The notes under the pieces: model-generated
Told to the model about the DNA's origin: nothing
The model's input: the letters and a program-made list of their open reading frames with translations, nothing else
Databases searched by the model: none
Part shown: piece by piece, positions 49,485 to 57,137 of the stretch
Position numbering within the stretch: position 1 is the first letter of the stretch
Layout: every line of letters starts with the position of its first letter
Translations under genes and position numbers: made by a program
Origin: Bacteroidia bacterium
Lineage (GTDB): Bacteria; Bacteroidota; Bacteroidia; AKYH767-A; OLB10
Direction: 5' to 3'
Length of the DNA: 64,000 nt
NCBI GenBank assembly: GCA_035340715.1
Contig: DAOQTX010000005.1
Span: 6,453 to 70,452 of the forward strand

Positions 49485-49925
49485 TTAATTGTAAACTCTT
49501 AAAACATTGCCTCCATCAAAATAGGTATTGTATGCTCGTAATCCTTGTGAGGAAGGACCGGATAGAACGCTCCCATCAAAAATGGAATAATTGGAATTGC
49601 AACAGGAGTCTCTTACAGTAAAATTATCGGATTGTACGAATACGGTTGCGCATGCTTGAGCAGGGTCGTAAGGACAGTTTCTATCGTATGCGGCAAAGTC
49701 ATCTAAGCCTCTTCTGTAAATTAATAATCCTCTGTTACCTCCATCATGATAGATCCACCCACCAACGGCATTGAGGGGCACATTGGATGGTTGACTTAAG
49801 TATAAATATACATCTACGTTGACATCAGGCACATTGCTATCGTTATCTTTTTTACAAGACAAAAAAGAAAAGGCTAAAATGGAAATCGAAAACATCCATC
49901 GAGCAAGTGAAATTGATTGTACCAT
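49485..49925 (-). CDS. small lipoprotein with a Rieske-like fold signature but no His ligands
   Basis: The track ORF is 49485..50009. The likely start is MVQSISLARWMFSISILAFSFLSC (ATG 49925). The C-half AYDRNCPYDP...VRDSCCNSNYSIFDGSVLSGPSSQGLRAYN...GNVLRVYN parallels the Rieske pattern CxH...CxxH..F...G....GPA, with H replaced by Y and N. Confidence 0.5.
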   Translation of the reverse strand: MVQSISLARWMFSISILAFSFLSCKKDNDSNVPDVNVDVYLYLSQPSNVPLNAVGGWIYHDGGNRGLLIYRRGLDDFAAYDRNCPYDPAQACATVFVQSDNFTVRDSCCNSNYSIFDGSVLSGPSSQGLRAYNTYFDGGNVLRVYN

Positions 49926-50040
49926 GTTGTAAAATAGTGTATTATGCCTTTTTCGGCTAAAAAAGTGAATTTTAGCTAAATTCTTAAAAAAGCATTGAAT
50001 TTCAAACAAATAATCATTTGCTTTTTCTTTAAAGTTAAAT

Positions 50041-50048
50041 TAATTTTG
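50041..50048 (+). promoter_or_regulatory. candidate -7 box TAATTTTG
   Basis: It matches TAnnTTTG and lies 24 nt upstream of ATG 50073. This supports the shorter start of the next ORF. Confidence 0.4.
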
Positions 50049-50072
50049 GAGGACTTCATAAATAAGAATACC

Positions 50073-50504
50073 ATGAATAAAATTATTCGTTTAGCTTTTG
50101 CAGTTCTGATTTTGTGTGCATTCACAACAATAGACACTCAAGCTCAGGATCAGCGTGTAGCCGATCAAAAAGATGCAAGTAAATTGTATTTCAAAGGTAA
50201 GAAAGGTGGAACTGCCACCCGATATCAAGATTTTACTTTTGAAATGCTTAATACCGGAAATGATTTTGAATTTAGTGTTAGCAATGCTGCTGAGGAATCA
50301 GTAACAGATGTTGTTAAATCAGAAATTATTTTTGTTTATCCTGATAATACAATGGATAGAATTGAAAATGCTGAAATGACAGAAGGTAATGTAAAAGCTT
50401 CCATCCCTGAGGGCAAGAGTTTTTATATGTGTGCCGTTATTATGACATTGAGTAATGGTGAAATGATTTCTGCTCGCTTTGCTGAACCTTCGTTGATCAA
50501 ATAA
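50073..50504 (+). CDS. small secreted hypothetical protein
   Basis: The track ORF is 49995..50504. The likely start is MNKIIRLAFAVLILCAFTTIDTQA (signal peptide). I recognise no family. Confidence 0.5.
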   Translation: MNKIIRLAFAVLILCAFTTIDTQAQDQRVADQKDASKLYFKGKKGGTATRYQDFTFEMLNTGNDFEFSVSNAAEESVTDVVKSEIIFVYPDNTMDRIENAEMTEGNVKASIPEGKSFYMCAVIMTLSNGEMISARFAEPSLIK

Positions 50505-50526
50505 ATTTAGTTTTAAATACGTTAAG

Positions 50527-50560
50527 GCCTTTGTCGAGAAAATGACAAAGGCTTTTTTAT
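50527..50560 (+). terminator. intrinsic terminator
   Basis: The stem GCCTTTGTC (50527..50535) pairs with GACAAAGGC (50544..50552) around an 8-nt loop, followed by TTTTTTATTTTTAT. Confidence 0.75.
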
Positions 50561-50564
50561 TTTT

Positions 50565-50852
50565 ATGATGAAGCGAAAATTTATAATCCTGCTTTTGATA
50601 TTGCTACCTTCTGCTATGGTACTTGGGCAAGATGCCAAGCCAACCAAAGCACAGAAAAAAGCTGCACAGAAAAAAGAAGTGCAAAAAGAAAAACAACAAG
50701 CTTCAGAAAAGGAACTGGGGAAGCGTCATCTTTCATTACAGGATAAAAAAGTGAAGAGAAGAATGAAGAAGTCTAAACGCAGATCAAAGCGCCAGAACAA
50801 TATTCATACTGATAAAAACTTCTTTCAAAGATTGTTTATTAAAAGAAGATAA
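50565..50852 (+). CDS. small, extremely basic (Lys/Arg-rich) secreted protein
   Basis: It is 95 aa. A signal peptide (FIILLLILLPSAMVLGQ) is followed by KAQKKAAQKKEVQKEKQQ...KKVKRRMKKSKRRSKRQ. It could also be a low-complexity artefact. Confidence 0.45.
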   Translation: MMKRKFIILLLILLPSAMVLGQDAKPTKAQKKAAQKKEVQKEKQQASEKELGKRHLSLQDKKVKRRMKKSKRRSKRQNNIHTDKNFFQRLFIKRR

Positions 50853-50856
50853 TTTT

Positions 50857-53800
50857 TTAAGCGTACTCGCGCATATCAACCGGAATAACTTGTGTAATAC
50901 CGGGTTCATTCATTGTGATTCCGTACATGATGTCGGTAAACGACATTGTTCTCTTGTTGTGCGTGATAATAATAAACTGACTGTCCTTACTAAAGGTTTG
51001 AATGATATTATTGAACTTGTCAATATTCGCATCATCTAAAGGTGCATCTACCTCGTCAAAAATACAGAAGGGTGCAGGTTTTAAGAGGTAAAGTCCAAAT
51101 AAAAGTGCGGTGGCAGTGAGTGTTTTTTCTCCTCCCGAAAGTTGATGAATGCTCAGTGGTTTTTTGCCTTTAGGTTGAGCCACAATATGTATGTCCGATT
51201 CCAAAGGATTTTCCATATCCAATAATACCAGATCACAATTATCTTCTTCGCTGAATAATGATCTGAATACCTTAATGAAATTCTGTCGTACTTCAAGATA
51301 GGCTTCCATGAATTTTTCTTTTGCCGTTTGATCAATCTCGGCAATGGTTTGCAACAACGATTGTTTGGCTTGTGCCAAATCATCTTTCTCTTTGCTTATG
51401 AAATCGAAACGTTCTTTTACCTCATTGAACGATTCCAACGCCATAGGATTGATAGGGCCGTAATTACTTAAAGAATTTTTAAGTTTATCATTTCGATCTT
51501 TTACTTGCTCTTCACTTACATCGGTAGGGGGATCCTGATCGAGAAGCGTATTGATGTCAATTTCAAACTCAACATGCAGACGCTCTTTTAATGAAGTAAG
51601 ATTTAGTTTAAGCGTATTTATTTCTTCATGAACCGTACGAATAAGAAGGTCAATGTTCTCTCTCTTTTTTCTAAGTTCATTGATCATTTTATCTTCTTCA
51701 TCGATATCTCCTTTTACTTTAAAGAAATCGTTCTCTTTTTCAATGAGTATTTGTTGAGATTGATCGCGTTGACCTATCAATTCTCTTAATCGTTCTTCAT
51801 ATCCGCTCAATTCTTCAAAAATAGACGCTGTTTGTTCTTCTATTCTTCCTAATTGTTCGGTGTTCGATTCAATACTATTCTTTAGGTTTTCAATCAAGCC
51901 ACTTTTAAAGTTGGTTTCTCTCGATAGATTCTGAAGTTTATTTTGTTGCTGAATAACATAGATGTTAATCTGATTATACTGTTGATTGCTTTCGTTAACA
52001 TTATTCTGTATCGATGCTAATTCATCTTGTTTATTTTTTTGGATTTCGATAAGGGCTTGATGATCGGCAGTAAGTTTATTTAGCATCAACTCTTCTTCAG
52101 AACTGTTCGTTCCACTTTCCGGAGATAAAATCAGTATATCTTCCTGTAGTTTATCTACGGTTTTCTTATGCGTTTCAATGGTACTTAAAAGCAGATCACG
52201 GCTACTGTTCAAGGCACTAATGGAAAGATTAAATCCAGAAAAGTTTTCTTCTGTAGTCTTTATCTTCGAGTACAAATTTGCACGTTCCAATTTCAGCTCA
52301 TTGAGTTTCTTGTCGGCTGTTTGGTAACTTTCTTTTGCCTCATTGGCTTGTTTGGTCAAAGAGTCAATTTGAGTGCTCAGCGTTTCAAGATTCTTCTGCT
52401 TTCCTGTTCTCTTTCCATCAAACAATCCTACCGATCCTCCACTTAATGTATAGGATTGACGTACAAAATTTCCGTTCTTAGATAAAACCACAACAGCATC
52501 ACTGTTCAATTGAAGGTCGCGTAGATTTTGATCCGAATTAATGATAAATACATTGTGGAGTAAAACATCAATCAAAGGTTTGTATTCTGCTTTAGTTTCT
52601 ACAACCGATATGGCCGGTATGCATCCTTCAGGAGTATCTTTGGTTGTTGCAGGTATTTTAACTTTGTCTAAAACAAAGAAATTGGCTTTGCCTTTTCCAC
52701 TGTCTTTAAGAATTTCCAGTCCTTCCCATGCCGATCGTGAATCCGCGGCAACAAAATAATTCAGAAAGGGTTCCAAATAGTTTTCAATGGCAAGTTTATA
52801 TGTTTCTTCAACACTGATAATATCCGATAACAAAAATAATTTTTTACTGTCGCTATGACTTTTTTTAATATGTCTGATCGACTCCGGATAACCTTCTAAT
52901 TGATCCAATAAATTTTTCGTAAGCTCAAATTCATGTTTGCGAGCATCGAGTTTTCTGTTTATTTCAGAAAGATCAATATTCAATTTTTTAGAATCTTCTT
53001 CCGTGTCTGCAATTTTCTTTTCGTTTTGAGTCAGATCTTCACGCAATTGCTGCAACAAGTTTTGTGCATTTTCTTTATCCGGATTTTTTCTTCCAATTTC
53101 TTCGTCTGTCTGAGCTATTTTTTGATTGTTGATCAATATTTGTTCCGAGACTCTTTTTATCTCTTCACTCAATGAATGAAAACGGGTTTTTCGAACCGCC
53201 ATTTCGGTTTCAAACTTATTGATCTCTTGACGAACTTGATATAACTTTTGATTTAAATCTTTTAATTCTTGTTGCGCTAATTCAAAAGCATCTTTATCGG
53301 TGCCAACAACCTTCTTTTGATCCAATAACTCTTGATTGAGCTCATTGAGTTTTACTTCTTCACTTGTTTTTTCTTGCTCTATTCGGATGATCTCTTCGTT
53401 CAAGTGAACAATTTTTTCCTTTTCAGTTTTGTTTTGAGTCTGCAATTGCAGTTTCTTTTCTTCCAGATACGTTAGTCGATCTTTCCGATTTTTATTTTCG
53501 TTTTCAAGATTGTTGATTTTTAGAATCAAATCGTTCTGCAAGCGCTGCGCTTCAGCTAAGGCTTTTTCTTTATCGAGCACAATGGTTTTGTTGGCTTGTA
53601 ATCCGGCTTCAAGTTTATCGACTTCGCTCACCAATTTTAATCGAGCATCTTCTTGTTCCTGTTCTCTTTTTTGTAAGGTTTCATTTGCCAACTTAAACTC
53701 AACTAAATTGAACAAAGCTAATGTTACGCTGTTTTCTTTATACTCTCCTTTTAGTTTATAAAAACGTTCGGTTTTTCTTGCTTGGCTTTCGAGTTGCTTC

Positions 53801-54405
53801 ATGCTTTTTTCTACTTCAAACAAGAGGTCATTAACCCTGTTTAAATCTGCATCGGTTTCTGCCAAACGGGCAAAGGTTTGTTTCTTACGAATTTTATATT
53901 TTGAAATTCCTGCCGCTTCTTCAAACAACAAACGAATGGTGTCATTTCTATCGCTTAAAATATCATCCACCATCTTTAATTCAATAATGGCATAAGAATC
54001 AGGACCGATACCGGTATCTAAAAATAAATTGGTTATATCTTTTAATCGGCACGGCACTCCATTAAGTAAGTACTCACTGTCACCGGAACGATATAATTTT
54101 CGTGTAATGCAAACATCGGTGTATTCGGTTGGAAGTATATTTTTTGTGTTTTCGAAAGTCAAACTAACCTCAGCTACATTGGCAGGTTTACGGTTCTTTG
54201 TTCCGTTAAAAATTACGTTGTCCATCTTTTCTAGACGGAGCATACGGGTTTTTTGCTCACCTAATACCCAACGGATGGAATCAACCACATTAGACTTTCC
54301 TGAACCATTTGGTCCAACTATAGAGGTAACTCCTTTGTCGAAGTGTATGGTGACTTTATCACCAAAACTTTTAAAACCTTTAGCTTCTAAACTCTTTAAA
54401 CGCAT
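50857..54405 (-). CDS. smc: chromosome segregation protein SMC
   Basis: It is 1182 aa. The N-terminal head is MRLKSLEAKGFKSFGDKV...GPNGSGKSNVVDSIRWVLGEQ. It has long coiled coils, a hinge, a C-terminal LSGGEKTLTA signature and Walker B FCIFDEVDAPLD. Confidence 0.95.
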   Translation of the reverse strand: MRLKSLEAKGFKSFGDKVTIHFDKGVTSIVGPNGSGKSNVVDSIRWVLGEQKTRMLRLEKMDNVIFNGTKNRKPANVAEVSLTFENTKNILPTEYTDVCITRKLYRSGDSEYLLNGVPCRLKDITNLFLDTGIGPDSYAIIELKMVDDILSDRNDTIRLLFEEAAGISKYKIRKKQTFARLAETDADLNRVNDLLFEVEKSMKQLESQARKTERFYKLKGEYKENSVTLALFNLVEFKLANETLQKREQEQEDARLKLVSEVDKLEAGLQANKTIVLDKEKALAEAQRLQNDLILKINNLENENKNRKDRLTYLEEKKLQLQTQNKTEKEKIVHLNEEIIRIEQEKTSEEVKLNELNQELLDQKKVVGTDKDAFELAQQELKDLNQKLYQVRQEINKFETEMAVRKTRFHSLSEEIKRVSEQILINNQKIAQTDEEIGRKNPDKENAQNLLQQLREDLTQNEKKIADTEEDSKKLNIDLSEINRKLDARKHEFELTKNLLDQLEGYPESIRHIKKSHSDSKKLFLLSDIISVEETYKLAIENYLEPFLNYFVAADSRSAWEGLEILKDSGKGKANFFVLDKVKIPATTKDTPEGCIPAISVVETKAEYKPLIDVLLHNVFIINSDQNLRDLQLNSDAVVVLSKNGNFVRQSYTLSGGSVGLFDGKRTGKQKNLETLSTQIDSLTKQANEAKESYQTADKKLNELKLERANLYSKIKTTEENFSGFNLSISALNSSRDLLLSTIETHKKTVDKLQEDILILSPESGTNSSEEELMLNKLTADHQALIEIQKNKQDELASIQNNVNESNQQYNQINIYVIQQQNKLQNLSRETNFKSGLIENLKNSIESNTEQLGRIEEQTASIFEELSGYEERLRELIGQRDQSQQILIEKENDFFKVKGDIDEEDKMINELRKKRENIDLLIRTVHEEINTLKLNLTSLKERLHVEFEIDINTLLDQDPPTDVSEEQVKDRNDKLKNSLSNYGPINPMALESFNEVKERFDFISKEKDDLAQAKQSLLQTIAEIDQTAKEKFMEAYLEVRQNFIKVFRSLFSEEDNCDLVLLDMENPLESDIHIVAQPKGKKPLSIHQLSGGEKTLTATALLFGLYLLKPAPFCIFDEVDAPLDDANIDKFNNIIQTFSKDSQFIIITHNKRTMSFTDIMYGITMNEPGITQVIPVDMREYA

Positions 54406-54437
54406 AAACAGACGTAATTCAAATATTATGTAGATAA

Positions 54438-54445
54438 CAAAGGTA
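54438..54445 (-). promoter_or_regulatory. candidate -7 box TACCTTTG for smc
   Basis: The plus strand reads CAAAGGTA, 32 nt upstream of ATG 54405. Confidence 0.4.
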
Positions 54446-54548
54446 AGGAATCATCAGCGTTTCAGCATAGGTTATTAACAATGTTGATAAGTAGAATGTA
54501 GTGTGGAAAGCCATGATTTTTATCTTTTTTAATAGTTTAATCAAACTG

Positions 54549-54556
54549 TACCTTTG
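54549..54556 (+). promoter_or_regulatory. candidate -7 box TACCTTTG for the thioredoxin-like/monooxygenase-like pair
   Basis: It is an exact TACCTTTG ending 4 nt before ATG 54561. This implies a leaderless mRNA or a downstream start. Confidence 0.35.
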
Positions 54557-54560
54557 CTAG

Positions 54561-55142
54561 ATGAAACGCTTTGTTTTTGTTATTTTGATTTTATACATGT
54601 TCCTTTCGTGCAGCACTGGTAATGAGAAGCTGACCGATATATCAGAGATCTACTTAAATACTCTAAATGGGGATATAAAAAAGTATTCATCCATAATCGA
54701 TGGCAAAGGGACTGTTTTTGTTTTTTTATCTCCAGATTGCCCGCTTTGTGAAAACTATAGTGTTGTATTAAAAGAATTAGATAGTCTTTACCGTATTTAT
54801 GGAATAAATTTCTTTGGTGTGGCCAGCGGTACGTTATATAAGCCGGAAGAATATTCCCGTTTTTTTGAGGAGTATGATTGGAGTATAAAGCTTCTTTTAG
54901 ATGATTCCCTATTCTTATTAAAACATTTTCAAGCAAAGGTTTCACCGGAAGTAGTTTTATTGGATAGTGTTGGAATTACTATTTATCAAGGAGCTATAGA
55001 TGATTGGCCGGTAGATTTAGCCAAGAAAAGAAGTATTGTGACCAAGCACTATTTGCAGGATGCTTTAAAAGCGTATCAGAGAGGTGAAGCCATTCAAGTA
55101 AAGAAAACCGAAGCGATCGGTTGCATATTGGAGGCACGATGA
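54561..55142 (+). CDS. thioredoxin-fold (TlpA/redoxin-like) lipoprotein with a CxxC motif
   Basis: It is 193 aa with the lipobox-like YMFLSCS. FVFLSPDCPLCENY (CPLC at nt 54738..54749) sits in the position typical of redoxin active sites. Confidence 0.7.
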   Translation: MKRFVFVILILYMFLSCSTGNEKLTDISEIYLNTLNGDIKKYSSIIDGKGTVFVFLSPDCPLCENYSVVLKELDSLYRIYGINFFGVASGTLYKPEEYSRFFEEYDWSIKLLLDDSLFLLKHFQAKVSPEVVLLDSVGITIYQGAIDDWPVDLAKKRSIVTKHYLQDALKAYQRGEAIQVKKTEAIGCILEAR

Positions 55143-56485
55143 AGTTGGTTAATAAATGTGTATTTATAGTTGGATTTGGATTTTTCATGGCAAGATGCTC
55201 GGAGGATTCCGCTCCTGTTTTCACAAAAGATATTGCTCCTATAATATATAAGAACTGTACACCATGCCACAGACCTGGAGAGGCAGGGCCATTCCCTTTG
55301 ATAAGCTATGAAGATGTGTCGCGCAAATCAAAGATGATAGCATATGTTACGCATAAAAATATTATGCCGCCTTGGCCAGCCGATGAAACGTACACACAAT
55401 TTGTTGGCCAAAGAGTACTTAGCACTGAAGAAAAAACTCTTCTTAAAAGATGGGCGGATAATGGAGCTCCAAAAGGAGAAGATCATTATATGCCTGAGCT
55501 GCCGAACTTTCAAAGAGGGTCTCAATCGATAAAACCCGATTTAGTTGTACCATTTGAAAATGCAATTCAAATTGAAGGGAATAACAGAGACAAGTTCTTG
55601 GTAATGAAAATTCCATTCGAGTTGCCAAACGATACTTTTGTTCGAGTCATTGAATTTGTTCCAGGCAATCGCAAACTCGTTCATCATATGAATGGACATT
55701 TGATTCGTTACGATGAAGGAAAAAAGAAGAATATTTTTTCGGGAGAGCGCTTTGTGGATAATGAGTTTAATGATAACCCCACAGTTCATAGGCTACTGGA
55801 TTTAGCCAATGATGATGGAAGCTATCCACTGTTGGTGCCTTCGGTTTGTAATTATCTTCCCGGGCAAGAAGCGGTGAATTTACCTGAAGGGATTGGAGGA
55901 TATACATTGAATAGACAAAATGCATTTTACCTAAACAGCATTCATTATGGTCCAACTGCAAAAAATGAAAGCGATAGCTCGTACTTCAACATTTTCTTTG
56001 CAAAAGAAAAACCAAAACGACCGATTTCAGAATTCCAAATGGGGACCTTGGGCGTTTCTCCTGTTGAGCCACCTTTAATTATTGAACCCGGTATAGTAAA
56101 AACTTTTTCAACTCGATTAACAGTGAAAGAGGACATCTCTATTGTTGGGATTGTTCCGCATATGCATTTAATCGGGAAACGTTTTCATGCATATGCTTTA
56201 ACTCCAACAAAAGATACCATACGACTCATTCGTATAAACGATTGGGATTTTCGATGGCAGTATTTTTATAAGTATCCTACATTGCTAAAACTTCCAAGTG
56301 GTTCTACTATTATTGCAGAAGGCGTTTACGACAACACATCAAACAATCCATATAATCCGTATAGTCCTCCGCGATTAATAACAGATAAGAACTCCAGTAT
56401 GCGCACTACCGATGAGATGTTTCAATTAATAGTTTTATATGTCAGATATATGCAAGGAGATGAAAATATTACATTGACCCAATAA
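55139..56485 (+). CDS. lipoprotein with an N-terminal mono-heme cytochrome c domain fused to a copper type II ascorbate-dependent-monooxygenase-like (PHM/DBH-like) domain
   Basis: The track ORF starts at 55121. The likely start is MKLVNKCVFIVGFGFFMARC at 55139, overlapping the upstream stop (ATGA). It has CTPCH at 55256..55270, VHHMNGH (HH at 55682..55687), PHMHLIG (HxH at 56159..56167), NDWDFRWQ, and TTDEMF (Met at 56417..56419). This reproduces the HH...H / HxH...M copper-ligand layout. Confidence 0.6.
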   Translation: MKLVNKCVFIVGFGFFMARCSEDSAPVFTKDIAPIIYKNCTPCHRPGEAGPFPLISYEDVSRKSKMIAYVTHKNIMPPWPADETYTQFVGQRVLSTEEKTLLKRWADNGAPKGEDHYMPELPNFQRGSQSIKPDLVVPFENAIQIEGNNRDKFLVMKIPFELPNDTFVRVIEFVPGNRKLVHHMNGHLIRYDEGKKKNIFSGERFVDNEFNDNPTVHRLLDLANDDGSYPLLVPSVCNYLPGQEAVNLPEGIGGYTLNRQNAFYLNSIHYGPTAKNESDSSYFNIFFAKEKPKRPISEFQMGTLGVSPVEPPLIIEPGIVKTFSTRLTVKEDISIVGIVPHMHLIGKRFHAYALTPTKDTIRLIRINDWDFRWQYFYKYPTLLKLPSGSTIIAEGVYDNTSNNPYNPYSPPRLITDKNSSMRTTDEMFQLIVLYVRYMQGDENITLTQ

Positions 56486-56555
56486 AATTATGACACAAAC
56501 CTGAATGAAAATAGAAAATTCGTTTGTAGGTTTACCCTAATGATTTTTTAGCCTT

Positions 56556-57020
56556 ATGGAAGATTTAGTTAAAATAGTATTCAGCATTGGCATATTCCTC
56601 TTTTATATATGGCGATCATTCAATAAACAACAACAAGATGCTAAGCAAAGACAGCGAGAATTGTCAAGTGAAAGTGCTGAAGAAAAAAGACAGAAGTGGG
56701 AAGAGCTGTTCGACATGGAAGTGAAACCAAAAGTAGAAGTAAAACCCGCCCCTGTAGAAATTAAAAGAAAGTCATTTTTATATAAAGATAAATACAATAA
56801 AAGAAGAGAAGCAATCTCATTAGAGAAGGTCAACGCGGATTATTTTAAGAATCTGCAGAATGATTCTGATTTCGAAATGCAACGAATGATGTTAGATGAT
56901 GAACAGCATGAAGAAGATTATCGTTCAGATTATATTAGGGGATTAATCAGTAATTTCAAGGCTTCTCCGGCTGATGCGATTATCTATGATGCTATACTCA
57001 AACCAAAATATTTGCAATAG
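56556..57020 (+). CDS. hypothetical single-pass membrane protein with a highly charged tail
   Basis: It is 154 aa with one N-terminal hydrophobic helix (VKIVFSIGIFLFYIW) followed by a K/E/Q-rich sequence. I recognise no family. Confidence 0.45.
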   Translation: MEDLVKIVFSIGIFLFYIWRSFNKQQQDAKQRQRELSSESAEEKRQKWEELFDMEVKPKVEVKPAPVEIKRKSFLYKDKYNKRREAISLEKVNADYFKNLQNDSDFEMQRMMLDDEQHEEDYRSDYIRGLISNFKASPADAIIYDAILKPKYLQ

Positions 57021-57137
57021 AAAACGACTTAGAAGATAATAAAATGATTGAAAAAATTGTGTTTGGAAAATTGATTTATAAATTTTTACTTTGACAAACT
57101 TGAAAAATTAACCTGAGTTTAATGTTAAATTGAAGCT

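Noticed and set aside
50857-54405. The SMC-family ATPase could be a candidate defence component (Wadjet/Lamassu-like).
   Set aside because: It has canonical full-length SMC architecture (1182 aa, hinge, signature motif). No JetABCD-, LmuA- or kleisin-like nuclease partners are adjacent. Its own promoter box and housekeeping context point to the chromosomal condensin.
52541-54433. Several plus-strand ORFs (up to 134 aa) lie opposite smc.
   Set aside because: They are antisense to the Lys/Glu/Leu-rich coiled-coil coding sequence and are Phe/Ser/Leu-rich artefacts.
57048-57110. Three GAAAA(A)TT-containing words lie upstream of the 1223-aa barrel gene and could be regulator sites.
   Set aside because: The spacing is irregular (15 and 36 nt), the sequence is low-complexity A/T, and the copies are not identical. 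They are indistinguishable from background.
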